From the IMG/VR virus record IMGVR_UViG_3300025644_000002: 64,000 nucleotides of DNA; one strand, 5' to 3'. Below are positions 1 to 9,360 of this stretch, piece by piece. Under the pieces are notes generated by a model, which saw nothing but the letters and a program-made list of their open reading frames with translations, made no database searches and was not told the origin of the DNA. The translations under genes and the position numbers were made by a program. The stretch comes from a virus. Lineage: Duplodnaviria > Heunggongvirae > Uroviricota > Caudoviricetes. The first letter of the stretch is position 1, and each line of letters begins with the position of its first letter.

Positions 1-1
1 A

Positions 2-147
2 AAGTACAAAAGCACTATTGTTGGGGCTGGAGATTCTTTTAGAGTGATAGATGTGATATATAGCTATAGACTAGAAGATGATAATGATACTTTTATAGAC
101 ACCCACACCGAGAGCATGCCTGTTGATGTTTTGGTGCAGGCTATATG
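2..147 (+). CDS. 3' end of a gene that starts upstream of the window (…VIDVIYSYRLEDDNDTFIDTHTESMPVDVLVQAI, stop TGA 145-147)
   Basis: Open frame from the window edge to TGA at 145-147; a hairpin plus T-run follows. Confidence 0.3.
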
Positions 148-157
148 ACGGATAACC

Positions 158-197
158 GAGAGAAGCTAACGCTTTTCTCTACCTTATTTTTTTTATC
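158..197. terminator. Bidirectional rho-independent terminator (AGAGAAG…CTTtTCTCT hairpin + T8)
   Basis: Inverted repeat followed by TTTTTTTT, lying between convergent genes. Confidence 0.4.
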
Positions 198-473
198 TTA
201 AATTGATATCTTGCTAGTACGGGGGTTCACCAGGCCCTGCCGAGCAATAGGTTTTCTCGTAGGTATCACCTCTTTGGCCTTTAAGTAGAGTCCTTCACTT
301 ACCCTTGTTTTGCTAATCATATCGTTCTCATCTTCAAAAGGATACATACCAATATCCCTCATTAGCATCTCTATTACCCTTTCGTTTGGAGTTTCCCATA
401 CCCAATTGCCATGAAACATTGCCTTGGCAAATAGTTTTACTATCGTCGCTAATTTCCTTTCTCTTGGCCTCAT
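198..473 (-). CDS. hypothetical protein (91 aa from internal ATG; start overlaps upstream stop as TAATG)
   Basis: ORF track 198..506; an internal ATG at 471-473 overlaps the TAA of the upstream gene, a translational-coupling arrangement. Confidence 0.4.
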   Translation of the reverse strand: MRPRERKLATIVKLFAKAMFHGNWVWETPNERVIEMLMRDIGMYPFEDENDMISKTRVSEGLYLKAKEVIPTRKPIARQGLVNPRTSKISI

Positions 474-664
474 TATATTACAATCTCGGTTTCTTCCAGT
501 GCCCATTTCAGAGCAGATATTCTACATGTCATTCGAAAAATATTCTCTGATACAATTTCTCTATTTATAGCAATATTTGGACGACCTAATAAGTCGCCGG
601 CGCGCTGACATGTTAGACTTTCTAGTCTCTCTATTTCGTCTATTAATTCTTGTTTAGTTTTCAT
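473..664 (-). CDS. hypothetical small protein (MKTKQELIDEIERLE…)
   Basis: ORF track; coupled to the downstream minus-strand gene. Confidence 0.4.
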   Translation of the reverse strand: MKTKQELIDEIERLESLTCQRAGDLLGRPNIAINREIVSENIFRMTCRISALKWALEETEIVI

Positions 665-772
665 ATTAAATGTGGTTATATCTCTTTCTTAAATATAGAT
701 ATGTTTTTGGGGTAGAGTCAAATATTAGTTCCCATTGATTGTTCTTTTTACGAAGGAATTAGTATTATATAT

Positions 773-783
773 GGGTATAAGAT
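773..783 (+). promoter_or_regulatory. GGGTATAAGA promoter-like box, ~45 nt upstream of the 826 gene
   Basis: One copy of a motif repeated 9-10 times in the 1-20 kb early region. Confidence 0.4.
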
Positions 784-825
784 ATATAGAGAATGTCATA
801 ACACTAAAAAAATGAAAGGAAAATC

Positions 826-1557
826 ATGAAGTGTCATATCTTTGAGGAAAGATACACTAACAGGATGAAACTACCTGTATCTCGTAAGACAGTTCAGAAA
901 CAGATGGAAGAATTCCCATACTGGGGATTCGCCCACTTAGCTTGTACACTTTTCGGACAATTTAGAAATCTTATGATTACTAAAGAAGATGAAAAGGTTG
1001 GCTTTAAGGGCACCGATTGTTGGACCAATATATGGCTATCACGAACTACTAAGTTCGCAAGTGTCGTAGTTAATGCTGCATGGAATTATCTCAAGTCATA
1101 TAAGTTTGAGAAACAGGCAGACCTTTTACGTCCGATAGTCTTTTTATTTGATCCTGAAGAGGTAATACGTCACGGAATACTGCAGTATGAAACTCCCAGA
1201 AAAAACATAGTTCGGCCGGAACATTTAGTTGATACCCCTATGGAACACCACGTTCCTGGATGGTATAATAACTATAACCTACAGCCGAAGTATATAATAG
1301 TTGGTGAGAATAAATACTCTAGGGGAGACATATCCCCCCGCTTACGTAGTAAGCTTGAAGAGTTATTCCCGAAAAGTGTAGTTATTATTATGAAAGGTAA
1401 TTCTAATAATTCGTCCCCATTAGCGTTAGGAGCTAAACAAAAAAGTCTTCCAGACGGCACACAGTCCTCTGGTGAAGATAAATGTGGATATTATGAATGG
1501 TTAATAATGAGAGCGATACTAGCTTATGAAACTAAGTTTTGTTCGGAAAAAGGGTAG
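826..1557 (+). CDS. hypothetical protein (243 aa)
   Basis: ORF track; a promoter-like box lies upstream; stop is TAG. Confidence 0.5.
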   Translation: MKCHIFEERYTNRMKLPVSRKTVQKQMEEFPYWGFAHLACTLFGQFRNLMITKEDEKVGFKGTDCWTNIWLSRTTKFASVVVNAAWNYLKSYKFEKQADLLRPIVFLFDPEEVIRHGILQYETPRKNIVRPEHLVDTPMEHHVPGWYNNYNLQPKYIIVGENKYSRGDISPRLRSKLEELFPKSVVIIMKGNSNNSSPLALGAKQKSLPDGTQSSGEDKCGYYEWLIMRAILAYETKFCSEKG

Positions 1558-1562
1558 CTCCT

Positions 1563-1589
1563 TTTTTTACCTTAAAAAGGGTATAAGAA
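1563..1589 (+). promoter_or_regulatory. T-run + ACCTTAAAAAGGGTATAAGAA terminator/promoter cassette
   Basis: Full-length motif copy; TATAAATA is also present at ~1605-1612 upstream of the 1638 gene. Confidence 0.45.
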
Positions 1590-1637
1590 GTATAGAAGAC
1601 AATCAATATTTATAAATAATAGAAAGGAGTCAGTAGT

Positions 1638-1982
1638 ATGTCATGGAAGCCGATGTGGGAATTGGAATACTGGTACGAACGTAAATTAGAGACAAGAGCT
1701 AAAGAAATTGAAGCTAATAAACTGGCCATTAAAAAAGCCTTAATTCAACGTGATATAATACTTAATAAAGAAATATACACTGCTTCTACAGTGATACCTG
1801 TTCAAATAAGTAAGAGTTATTCTGGGGGAATTATAGACGTTATATATGCTATGCAGGCGCTTGCCAATTTAGCAAATACGGCTGTTACTTGTGTTCATCA
1901 TAACATACGTTTTGCCGTTGATAAAGACACTAATATACAAAAGAAGTATAAACAACTAATGGAATTTTTGCTGAGCAAGTAA
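1638..1982 (+). CDS. hypothetical protein (114 aa)
   Basis: ORF track; RBS AAAGGAG upstream. Confidence 0.5.
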   Translation: MSWKPMWELEYWYERKLETRAKEIEANKLAIKKALIQRDIILNKEIYTASTVIPVQISKSYSGGIIDVIYAMQALANLANTAVTCVHHNIRFAVDKDTNIQKKYKQLMEFLLSK

Positions 1983-2017
1983 TTTCAATACCAAACTAAT
2001 TAAATGAAAGGAAGCAT

Positions 2018-2404
2018 ATGATAGCTCGCTGGGTCGCTTGGATAGATAATGGGCAATTCTTAAGGATGGACACGCGTCCATACATTGATATAAGCACTAG
2101 AGCTTTTAAAGAAGTAGTGTTAAAGATTTTAACAGGTAATCCTGACCATATTCACATTGTTCCTGTGCACTTTAATCCTGATTTGAGATTCTGGCTAATG
2201 TCTAGAGGTTTTGGTGATACTATAGTCTCCGGAAATCTTCAGGCACAGTATCTAAGGGATGGAAGCATTGTAATTCAATTAACACAAACTATGAAATTAA
2301 AGAAAAATAGCACTAATAGCTATAAACCTTGTAAGGATGTGATTCTTACATTTAGTTTAGCTCGTAGTGAGCTTGATGAATTAGTACAAAAATTTTACAA
2401 TTAA
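2018..2404 (+). CDS. hypothetical protein (128 aa)
   Basis: ORF track; RBS AAAGGAAG upstream. Confidence 0.5.
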   Translation: MIARWVAWIDNGQFLRMDTRPYIDISTRAFKEVVLKILTGNPDHIHIVPVHFNPDLRFWLMSRGFGDTIVSGNLQAQYLRDGSIVIQLTQTMKLKKNSTNSYKPCKDVILTFSLARSELDELVQKFYN

Positions 2405-2422
2405 TAAAAGAAAAGGAAAATA

Positions 2423-2926
2423 ATGTTACACACAAAATCACAATTCACTAAAAAGAGATATGCCATAGCTATAGTATTTGTCGTATCCATTATGGTAGCA
2501 ATTTTTACTGGAGTGCTCAACCAAGGGCTTAGCAGTTATAAAGAGCCCGTAAATAGTCAATTGATATCCGTTGAAGTTGTCTACATCACCGACGAAGTAG
2601 ATACTCTTGTATATCATTCAGTGCTACCTCCGACTCCAAAGAACCTATGGTTAGAGGGTCGAATACTTGCAATTAAATACCCGGTATCAGAAGCTGAAAA
2701 GCAATACTTGAGCGTATTTCAAGACGAAGATTATGTGCCTACGTTTGGAGATCTTTTTTCTTTAGACGATTTTATTGGAAATTGTGAATGTGGGGGATTT
2801 CTTGATTCTGATGGAGATGGCGTGTATGCTACTTCGACCCGGGCTTCGGATATACACATTTACCCTAGTGATGTACCTGATAATGTGAGAACAGATTTTA
2901 GCCATGTAGTGTGGTTTAACAAATAA
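2423..2926 (+). CDS. hypothetical membrane-anchored protein (N-terminal TM helix)
   Basis: ORF track; hydrophobic segment AIAIVFVVSIMVAIFTGVL. Confidence 0.5.
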   Translation: MLHTKSQFTKKRYAIAIVFVVSIMVAIFTGVLNQGLSSYKEPVNSQLISVEVVYITDEVDTLVYHSVLPPTPKNLWLEGRILAIKYPVSEAEKQYLSVFQDEDYVPTFGDLFSLDDFIGNCECGGFLDSDGDGVYATSTRASDIHIYPSDVPDNVRTDFSHVVWFNK

Positions 2927-3102
2927 TATAAGAAATGGAGAAATAGAGAGAATATGGATACAGAGATAATAAAAGATGTGTTATCGTGCTTCGATTTTGA
3001 GGAGCTTTTAGCATTTTATAATGACTTTGAAAATTGGTGTGAGGCCGAAGGTCTGCCTCCGTGCGATCAAAATTTTGCAACATTTGTAAATGAGGAAGGC
3101 TA

Positions 3103-3585
3103 ATGGACAAAAATAAAATAATTATTAGTCACGCAAAAAATGGGTATATCATGCATACCTTTACGGGTCCGCTGCTACTAGACACCATTAATAATGTTGC
3201 AAACGAGGTGGTACTTTGGTTAGACGACAACGGCTATTTCTATAGCGCTAAGTTTCCTCCCAAATATAATTTCTTAATATTAGATAGGGAAGAAATTGGA
3301 GGGTCGCATAGCTATTGGGGTGTTGGTAAAGAAGGGTACCAAATTCACGATATTAGGATAGAAAGAGTAAATAATGGAGTTATCGTACATGTAGGTTGTC
3401 AACTTTTAGTATTTTCAGACTTGACTGACTTTATAGAAAATTTGACTCTGTATTTAACTAATCCTGAGGCCGCCACTAAGAAACTACTGCCCGATTTGGA
3501 TATGGAAGTACCTTATGAAGCTGATGAGCATTGTATTGAGGATTGTAAGTGTGCTGACCGCGTAGAGGATAGAGATAAATTTTAA
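3103..3585 (+). CDS. hypothetical protein (160 aa)
   Basis: ORF track. Confidence 0.5.
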   Translation: MDKNKIIISHAKNGYIMHTFTGPLLLDTINNVANEVVLWLDDNGYFYSAKFPPKYNFLILDREEIGGSHSYWGVGKEGYQIHDIRIERVNNGVIVHVGCQLLVFSDLTDFIENLTLYLTNPEAATKKLLPDLDMEVPYEADEHCIEDCKCADRVEDRDKF

Positions 3586-3606
3586 TAAATAACAAAAAGG
3601 AAAATA

Positions 3607-3864
3607 ATGGATTTTAAATCATTATATGAAGCGCCGTTTATGGCCAGAATAGTCATAGGGTTGGTACTCTTGCTCATTGGTTACTTTGTAATCTTTGTAC
3701 TTAAGATAGCCTTCTCTGTGTTATGGCTCATTTTCGGACTAATAGGAGCTATCGTAGTATTACTAGTGATAGCTGGTATTGGAGTTTGGGTTGTACATGG
3801 AAAGGATACAGCTGATGTTCTCGAAGATTGGGAACGCGCATTTAGTATCTGGTGGAGAAAGTAG
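3607..3864 (+). CDS. small membrane protein (two TM helices)
   Basis: ORF track; highly hydrophobic sequence. Confidence 0.45.
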   Translation: MDFKSLYEAPFMARIVIGLVLLLIGYFVIFVLKIAFSVLWLIFGLIGAIVVLLVIAGIGVWVVHGKDTADVLEDWERAFSIWWRK

Positions 3865-3865
3865 G

Positions 3866-3967
3866 ATGCTAGTAACTATTGTAATCATTGTGTGGATAGT
3901 CTTCATTGGCTATCACGGATGGAAATGGGTTTATGCCTGGAACTCCAATAGGAGTCGTAAAAAATGA
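3866..3967 (+). CDS. small hydrophobic peptide (33 aa, MLVTIVIIVWIVFIGYHGWKWVYAW…)
   Basis: ATG at 3866 directly after the TAG of the preceding gene; ends TGA, overlapping the next start as ATGA. Confidence 0.3.
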   Translation: MLVTIVIIVWIVFIGYHGWKWVYAWNSNRSRKK

Positions 3968-4149
3968 CAGGAGTTATTGCTCTAGTCATTGGATGTTGTG
4001 TAGTTGCTGGTAGTGTTTTATACGCTGGCTATTTTGAAAAGCCGTGTAAAAAATGCTACTGGTATAACTGCAGTTTAAAACGCTGTTTACAATCTGTTAA
4101 TTGTATTAGCAGTTGTAAATGGTTTCGAAGCAAAGATAACCTATGGTAA
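3964..4149 (+). CDS. small Cys-rich membrane protein
   Basis: ORF track. Confidence 0.4.
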   Translation: MTGVIALVIGCCVVAGSVLYAGYFEKPCKKCYWYNCSLKRCLQSVNCISSCKWFRSKDNLW

Positions 4150-4161
4150 GGAGATAAAATT

Positions 4162-4413
4162 ATGGTTAGGATGCGAATAGCTTTTGACGATTCTTCGAAA
4201 ACGAATCTAACCTTTTCCACCAATCACGTCCCTAATGTGGGACAGGATATATGCGCTCATAAGGCAGCCTGGAGAGTATACGTAGTTGTATGGAATTATG
4301 AGGGTATAACAGAAAATGATCGATGGCAAGATGCTCGAGATTTCGCTATTGATGTGACTATAGGAGTCAAACCGATTCCAGGTCATTATCAATTTGAAGT
4401 GCACAATCTTTAA
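4162..4413 (+). CDS. hypothetical protein (83 aa)
   Basis: ORF track; RBS AAGGAG upstream. Confidence 0.45.
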   Translation: MVRMRIAFDDSSKTNLTFSTNHVPNVGQDICAHKAAWRVYVVVWNYEGITENDRWQDARDFAIDVTIGVKPIPGHYQFEVHNL

Positions 4414-4492
4414 TTTTCTACTGCGGAACCGCTTATGCAGTAGCATAAAGTGAGAAACTATAAAAAAGAGCTAGTGTAACAACCCGCTAGTT

Positions 4493-4521
4493 CTTTTTTT
4501 ATCTTAAAATGGGTATAAGAA
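4493..4521 (+). promoter_or_regulatory. T-run + ATCTTAAAATGGGTATAAGAA cassette
   Basis: Copy of the repeated motif. Confidence 0.45.
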
Positions 4522-4763
4522 TACTAGAGTTAAACATAAACTAAAAATGAAAGGAAGATTATGGCTGCTCAAAATAATGAGGCGTTTGACGTCTTATCCC
4601 CAGAAGCTGTTGCTCGCCGTAGAAGCTTTTTACGCCAGCTACAGAATAAGAACCAGAAACAAGATATCAAAAACGGTAAGTACAAAGGCTGTAGAGGTCA
4701 TTTGTATTTCCAGTCCAGGGGCAAGGTTAATTCCTGTTCCTGAGATAAAAGAAAGAGTTGTAC

Positions 4764-4792
4764 CCTCCCCTCCGGGGGAGGTGTATTTTTTT
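4764..4792 (+). terminator. Rho-independent terminator (CCTCCCC-TCCG-GGGGAGG + T7)
   Basis: Perfect 7-bp GC-rich stem followed by a T-run, immediately preceding a promoter motif. Confidence 0.6.
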
Positions 4793-4813
4793 ACCTTAAA
4801 AAGGGTATAAGAA
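4793..4813 (+). promoter_or_regulatory. ACCTTAAAAAGGGTATAAGAA promoter-like box
   Basis: Copy of the motif; followed by a 39-aa ORF at 4854..4973. Confidence 0.45.
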
Positions 4814-5099
4814 TAATAGAGCAAACAATAACTAAAATAACGAAAGGTATATCATGGCAATTAGCAATCTTGAAAAACTAAAATTATTGGATTATTATCT
4901 CGCCATACAAGTCCTTCTTCAAAGAAATAGGAGCTTGCGTAAAATAATTAAATTTTGAAAAAGGAAGCGTTCCTCCTAACAAAACGCACAAGCTGAAAAC
5001 AGAAGGTCGAAGCTGTAGAAGGTCTTATAAAAAAAGTAGCGTATATGATTGTATCCTAACGGATATAGCTGCTTTTTTAACTTAAATATATACTCTTTT

Positions 5100-5124
5100 T
5101 TTTACCTTAAAAAGGGTATAAGAA
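5100..5124 (+). promoter_or_regulatory. T-run + ACCTTAAAAAGGGTATAAGAA cassette
   Basis: Copy of the motif, ~45 nt upstream of the 5167 gene. Confidence 0.45.
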
Positions 5125-5166
5125 GTATAGATACAAGTCAATCATAAATTATGAAAGGAAACTATT

Positions 5167-5601
5167 ATGAAAAACTTAATAAAGGTTGCCCTATTTGATT
5201 TAATAATAATCATTGGAATAGGTTGCCAAGTACAGGCTAAAGATAGAATACACCCTCAAAGCGTAACAGTTGGTCCGTTTTATAGCTATACAGTTAGTTA
5301 TACTTCCTTCGATCCAACCGTCGTTGAAACCCAATCTTCATATGCTACAATATTCGTAGACTTGGAAGATGGGCATTATTTTGAGGGAGAGCATATATTA
5401 ATAGTACGTGATCGTTTAAATGACACAGTGGATCTCTTCGAGTTTGATACGATTCACTGGGATGCTGATAGAGGCGCTTGGATTTATTATAAAGATAATG
5501 TATTCATAGGGGGATATAATCCTTACTATGATATAGTATCTCTTTTAGTAAGTGACGATATAGTGCTTATCTTTGAAGCTGCTCAGGATGAAAAAAACTG
5601 A
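5167..5601 (+). CDS. putative lipoprotein / secreted protein (signal peptide with GIGC lipobox)
   Basis: N-terminus MKNLIKVALFDLIIIIGIGC. Confidence 0.45.
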   Translation: MKNLIKVALFDLIIIIGIGCQVQAKDRIHPQSVTVGPFYSYTVSYTSFDPTVVETQSSYATIFVDLEDGHYFEGEHILIVRDRLNDTVDLFEFDTIHWDADRGAWIYYKDNVFIGGYNPYYDIVSLLVSDDIVLIFEAAQDEKN

Positions 5602-5617
5602 TTAATAACTACAAAGA

Positions 5618-5650
5618 GAACGGTATAATGCCGTTCTTTTTAAATTAAAA
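5618..5650 (+). terminator. Rho-independent terminator (GAACGG-tataat-GCCGTTC + T-run)
   Basis: Inverted repeat plus TTTT after the 5167 gene. Confidence 0.45.
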
Positions 5651-5740
5651 AAAAGGAATGATCGATGAATACACAAGATGCAGAAACGATCGGAAACATC
5701 TCCAGAGAGCTTGAGAAGCAGGCTTTGAGGAGTATAGCTG

Positions 5741-6283
5741 ATGGGTAAAATAATTGATGTACTTGCCCGACAACATGAGAAGCAAATGCTATATCATTGG
5801 TATGAAAGTTACTGGATGATTGATATTCATGGAGTGATTTGCCATCCTAATTATGATTTAGATAAGTTAGAGTTGAATTTTGTTAATAAATTCGCATGTA
5901 CCTGTTTGCAGATGCTTACTTTACGTGACGATACTAGATTAATATTATATACTTCTTCTTATCCTGATCAAATACTAGAATACCTAAAGATATTGGAAGG
6001 GCACCATATTAAGTTTGATTATATAAACGAAAATCCAGAAGTACGTTCATACGAGGACTTTGGCTATTATGAAAACAAGCCTTATTTTGACATATATCTG
6101 GACGACAAAGCCGGCTTTCACCCAAACGAGTGGTTAGATATTATACAGTTTTTAAGCTGTAATAGCGCGCCGAATCCGGAATGGAAAAACCCTAACCGTA
6201 AGAGACTGACTCCTGCGGAGATTAGTGCTCGCCGAAGACGGGTAAAAAGTAATGTAAGTGAGCAAATAATAGAGGGAAAATAA
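5741..6283 (+). CDS. hypothetical protein, possible HAD-like nucleotidase
   Basis: ORF track; weak DxHG motif (MIDIHGV). Confidence 0.35.
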   Translation: MGKIIDVLARQHEKQMLYHWYESYWMIDIHGVICHPNYDLDKLELNFVNKFACTCLQMLTLRDDTRLILYTSSYPDQILEYLKILEGHHIKFDYINENPEVRSYEDFGYYENKPYFDIYLDDKAGFHPNEWLDIIQFLSCNSAPNPEWKNPNRKRLTPAEISARRRRVKSNVSEQIIEGK

Positions 6284-6284
6284 T

Positions 6285-6710
6285 ATGAATTTTGTATACT
6301 TGATATCAGATAAATGGGAAGCTGTAGATCGGGGATTAATGGAAGACTCACGTCGAATTAATCTTTATGCTGACGGAGTAGCCATAGGTTGTAGAAGATT
6401 TAATAAATCTGTGCTAATGAAGGTTATTAGCAAACTAAGAAGATACCCTTTTGGGTGGTTTAATGTATTCATAAAGAGAGACTGCAATGGGCATTACTTC
6501 TATAAAAAACGATATGTGTCTATACCTGAAAGAGAAACTAGGCTTAAAGTTCGTTATGGGTTTGTAAATGTATACATATTATTACAAACTAAGTGCCAAT
6601 GGCACACATACCCTAGTTGGGTTACTCAAGAAAACTTTCATTTTAAAAGAAAAGTTTTTAAAGAAATGAAAAAAGCTATAGAAACTCACGAGAGTACTTG
6701 GCCTCTATAA
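6285..6710 (+). CDS. hypothetical protein; outlying member of the 10.5-12.3 kb paralog family
   Basis: Shares the IGC…SVL…FG…RLKVRYGF motif arrangement with ORFs at 10568-12265. Confidence 0.45.
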   Translation: MNFVYLISDKWEAVDRGLMEDSRRINLYADGVAIGCRRFNKSVLMKVISKLRRYPFGWFNVFIKRDCNGHYFYKKRYVSIPERETRLKVRYGFVNVYILLQTKCQWHTYPSWVTQENFHFKRKVFKEMKKAIETHESTWPL

Positions 6711-6932
6711 AATGTGGAGAAGTGGTGAAATTGGTAAACACGCTAGAGGATAGCCGAAAAATAAATATGACTATTAAGGCTTGAGACTGGTGGGTAATGA
6801 GTGTCTATTCTTATGACATCCCTTGGGGGATGGTAGGTATGACTAAGCAAGAAGTTATCGATGATGGACCTGTTAGTATCCACCCAGTTGAAGTTAACGA
6901 ATAATTATGATGAATAGCAAAAAGGAAGAAAA

Positions 6933-7190
6933 ATGTCATTAGCAACCGCAAAATGTATAACCTGCCTTAAAGAAGACGCTACTTGTTTTAGTGGGCATGT
7001 TTGTCGTGGTGAAGACCAAATAATTGCCGGGTTTTGTCGTGAATGTTTTGACGACGATTCACACCCGTCTTTAAACGAGCCGTTAGACGAACCTTGCATA
7101 GGGCATTTGGGAACGTGGACCCCTGAAATGGGAGAGCAGCCCTTTGGCGAAATAGGTTATTTTGAAGTAGAGAGTGGGTGTCATGAGTAA
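6933..7190 (+). CDS. Cys-rich small protein
   Basis: ORF track; multiple CxxC pairs. Confidence 0.4.
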   Translation: MSLATAKCITCLKEDATCFSGHVCRGEDQIIAGFCRECFDDDSHPSLNEPLDEPCIGHLGTWTPEMGEQPFGEIGYFEVESGCHE

Positions 7191-7422
7191 AGACACTATA
7201 AAAAGTAGGACACTTTCCGCCCCCGTAGAGTTGGGATTACAAGAAATGGTGTATGATTATGGAAATTTAACACTAAGAGAGCATGCCGGTGGTATTTTCA
7301 ATACCGCAAAGGACCAAATAAAACGTGGTTATAGGCATACCAGGTTAAACCCTGTTGATAAGAACTGTAAAAGGTTAGTGATTAGGGTAACTGTAAAAGT
7401 AGAAGAAGTAGAAGATCTATAA
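7174..7422 (+). CDS. hypothetical protein (82 aa)
   Basis: ORF track. Confidence 0.4.
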   Translation: MGVMSKDTIKSRTLSAPVELGLQEMVYDYGNLTLREHAGGIFNTAKDQIKRGYRHTRLNPVDKNCKRLVIRVTVKVEEVEDL

Positions 7423-7451
7423 TGTTCGATAACAATTAGGAGAAAAATAAA

Positions 7452-8054
7452 ATGTATCCGAAAGAAATTCCTATATATGAGCGCGCCTGGATGGTTGCGG
7501 AAGCTGCTCATCGTGGGCAAAGCTATGACATATACCCTTATAAATTTCATTTAAAACAGGTGGTTATAGTTGCTGAATCTAATTTTATACCGGCGTATAC
7601 GCAAACTGCTAGCGATCTCCGAAGGTATATAATGCTAGGTTGTATATTACATGATGTTATTGAGGACTCTGAGATAACTTATGAACAGTTATTAAAAGAG
7701 TTTGGCGAAACTGCAGCGCAAATAGTAAGAAACGTATCAGATTCTCCAGGATACAATAGAGCTAAAAGAAAAGAATCAGTATATGTAGCTTTAGAGCAGA
7801 CAGACATAATTAGTAAAATGTCTTTATATGTAAAATTATGTGATCGATTTGCTAACATGGTATTTAGTGGGTCTCATAGTAAACGCCGTTTTAATATGTA
7901 TATAAAAGAATATCCTATAATTTCTGATCGTTTGAGTTCTACGTGTAATGTTGTTAATGAGAAAACTATAGAAGTAGACACAGAAATGAACCGAATGTTA
8001 ATGAATATTTGGGGATCTTTAAACGAATTAGTTATAGAATTGGAAAAACAATGA
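7452..8054 (+). CDS. HD-domain (p)ppGpp hydrolase-like protein (small alarmone hydrolase)
   Basis: AEAAHRGQSYDIYPYKFH…HDVIED matches the RelA/SpoT hydrolase HD motif. Confidence 0.55.
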   Translation: MYPKEIPIYERAWMVAEAAHRGQSYDIYPYKFHLKQVVIVAESNFIPAYTQTASDLRRYIMLGCILHDVIEDSEITYEQLLKEFGETAAQIVRNVSDSPGYNRAKRKESVYVALEQTDIISKMSLYVKLCDRFANMVFSGSHSKRRFNMYIKEYPIISDRLSSTCNVVNEKTIEVDTEMNRMLMNIWGSLNELVIELEKQ

Positions 8055-8311
8055 CAAAACTAGAAAAATTAAAAGAACAATATACCAAACTTGAAGCTGC
8101 ATCTTGGAAAATAAAGGATGATACATATAGGGTAGTGTTTTACGACACAGATGGGAAGGTAGTTCATTCATATAATCGAAAGAGTTCTGCAGAGCTGTTG
8201 AATGATATAATAGCTGCAGCAAGATCTGCGCTAGACGATAGCCTCATACTTATAGAAGATGAGATTGCCGTAGAGTCGCACAAAACGGGTAAAAAACTAG
8301 GTGGATATTAA
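8009..8311 (+). CDS. hypothetical protein (100 aa)
   Basis: ORF track. Confidence 0.4.
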   Translation: MGIFKRISYRIGKTMTKLEKLKEQYTKLEAASWKIKDDTYRVVFYDTDGKVVHSYNRKSSAELLNDIIAAARSALDDSLILIEDEIAVESHKTGKKLGGY

Positions 8312-8334
8312 AAGACTTAAATAAAGGAATAGTA

Positions 8335-8529
8335 ATGAAAAAAATAAAGATATTACTTCTAATGAGTATATTTGTATTTATTGGTTGTAAAGAGGCTGAT
8401 AGGATTTGGGTCGTCAAGCAACAAGCTATAGACGCCTGTATTAGGGCTGGAGGGATACCTATAACAAGCTCGTACAATAGAGTTACAGATTGTATACTTC
8501 CTCATGAACCTTGTTGTGAGGAGGATTAA
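8335..8529 (+). CDS. small lipoprotein (lipobox FIGC)
   Basis: N-terminus MKKIKILLLMSIFVFIGC. Confidence 0.45.
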   Translation: MKKIKILLLMSIFVFIGCKEADRIWVVKQQAIDACIRAGGIPITSSYNRVTDCILPHEPCCEED

Positions 8530-8531
8530 TT

Positions 8532-8870
8532 ATGGAACCATCGCAAAGATTATTGATAGTTATTAGGGACATGCTTCTTGATGCAGAAAAGGTGTTTAGA
8601 TTAAAACCTAAGCATTCTCTTGGAAATACTTGGGGAATTTGTAATTATATAAGTGAACACCTCTTGTTCCATACGTTAGTTGGGAACGATAGACACGCAG
8701 TTAATGATTGGCTCTTTGACAGGTTCCCTGATTACGACAGTGTGTATAAGTTCACTCACGGTAGAACTCAAGTACATGCTTGGGCTATCCAGGCTGAGGG
8801 GCATAACTATGAACGCTCTGATTGGTGTTTGGCGGAATTGTTGAAATTACCATTATTGATCAAGGAGTAG
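8532..8870 (+). CDS. hypothetical protein (112 aa)
   Basis: ORF track; stop is TAG. Confidence 0.45.
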   Translation: MEPSQRLLIVIRDMLLDAEKVFRLKPKHSLGNTWGICNYISEHLLFHTLVGNDRHAVNDWLFDRFPDYDSVYKFTHGRTQVHAWAIQAEGHNYERSDWCLAELLKLPLLIKE

Positions 8871-8873
8871 ACT

Positions 8874-9059
8874 ATGAAAACAAAAAAAGAGATCCAGGAT
8901 AAGTTAAAAGAGCTTAAAGGGGATGAAAGGTTGGGGTATCCAGCGGCTACCGTATTTGCAAATGCACCACTAGCACTTATACAGCTGGGCTTAGAGTCCG
9001 AAATAGGTATACTAAAGTGGGTGTTAAAAGATAAGGAGAAAGAAAAATGTCAACAATAG
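8874..9059 (+). CDS. hypothetical protein (61 aa)
   Basis: ORF track; RBS AAGGAG. Confidence 0.4.
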   Translation: MKTKKEIQDKLKELKGDERLGYPAATVFANAPLALIQLGLESEIGILKWVLKDKEKEKCQQ

Positions 9060-9325
9060 TTACTACGGTAGATACAGTTCTGCCGACCCCTAGAGAGAAG
9101 ATATTTATCCAGGGTAGGTACTACCTCGGAATACACAGTGATATAGTGGTAGTGGTTCGCTGTGCCAACACCAGCAATAAGGAGCTTTTGGGTATGTGTA
9201 TACACTATAGTTATGGGGAAGAACTTGGCGGCACAGTATATACAAATGGGTTAATAACAAACGTATGGGATCATACAACTTTCGTAGAGTTTTTCGGCAC
9301 TGTTACTATAACACAGGTCCCGTAG
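9047..9325 (+). CDS. hypothetical protein (92 aa)
   Basis: ORF track. Confidence 0.4.
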   Translation: MSTIVTTVDTVLPTPREKIFIQGRYYLGIHSDIVVVVRCANTSNKELLGMCIHYSYGEELGGTVYTNGLITNVWDHTTFVEFFGTVTITQVP

Positions 9326-9360
9326 GCTTTTAAAATATAAATGATTATGGGAGAAAAATA

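Noticed and set aside
4207-4446. Minus-strand 79-aa ORF in the early plus-strand region (with others such as 1272-1460, 8028-8222, 8250-8477, 30816-31112, 43627-44004 and 45606-45809)
   Set aside because: Antisense to better-supported plus-strand genes, with no RBS and AT-rich low-complexity translations
8868-8876. TAG read-through fusing ORFs 8532..8870 and 8874..9059 (same frame, one codon apart)
   Set aside because: The downstream ORF has its own AAGGAG RBS and ATG; adjacency is adequately explained by two genes. The same holds for 30802-30813.
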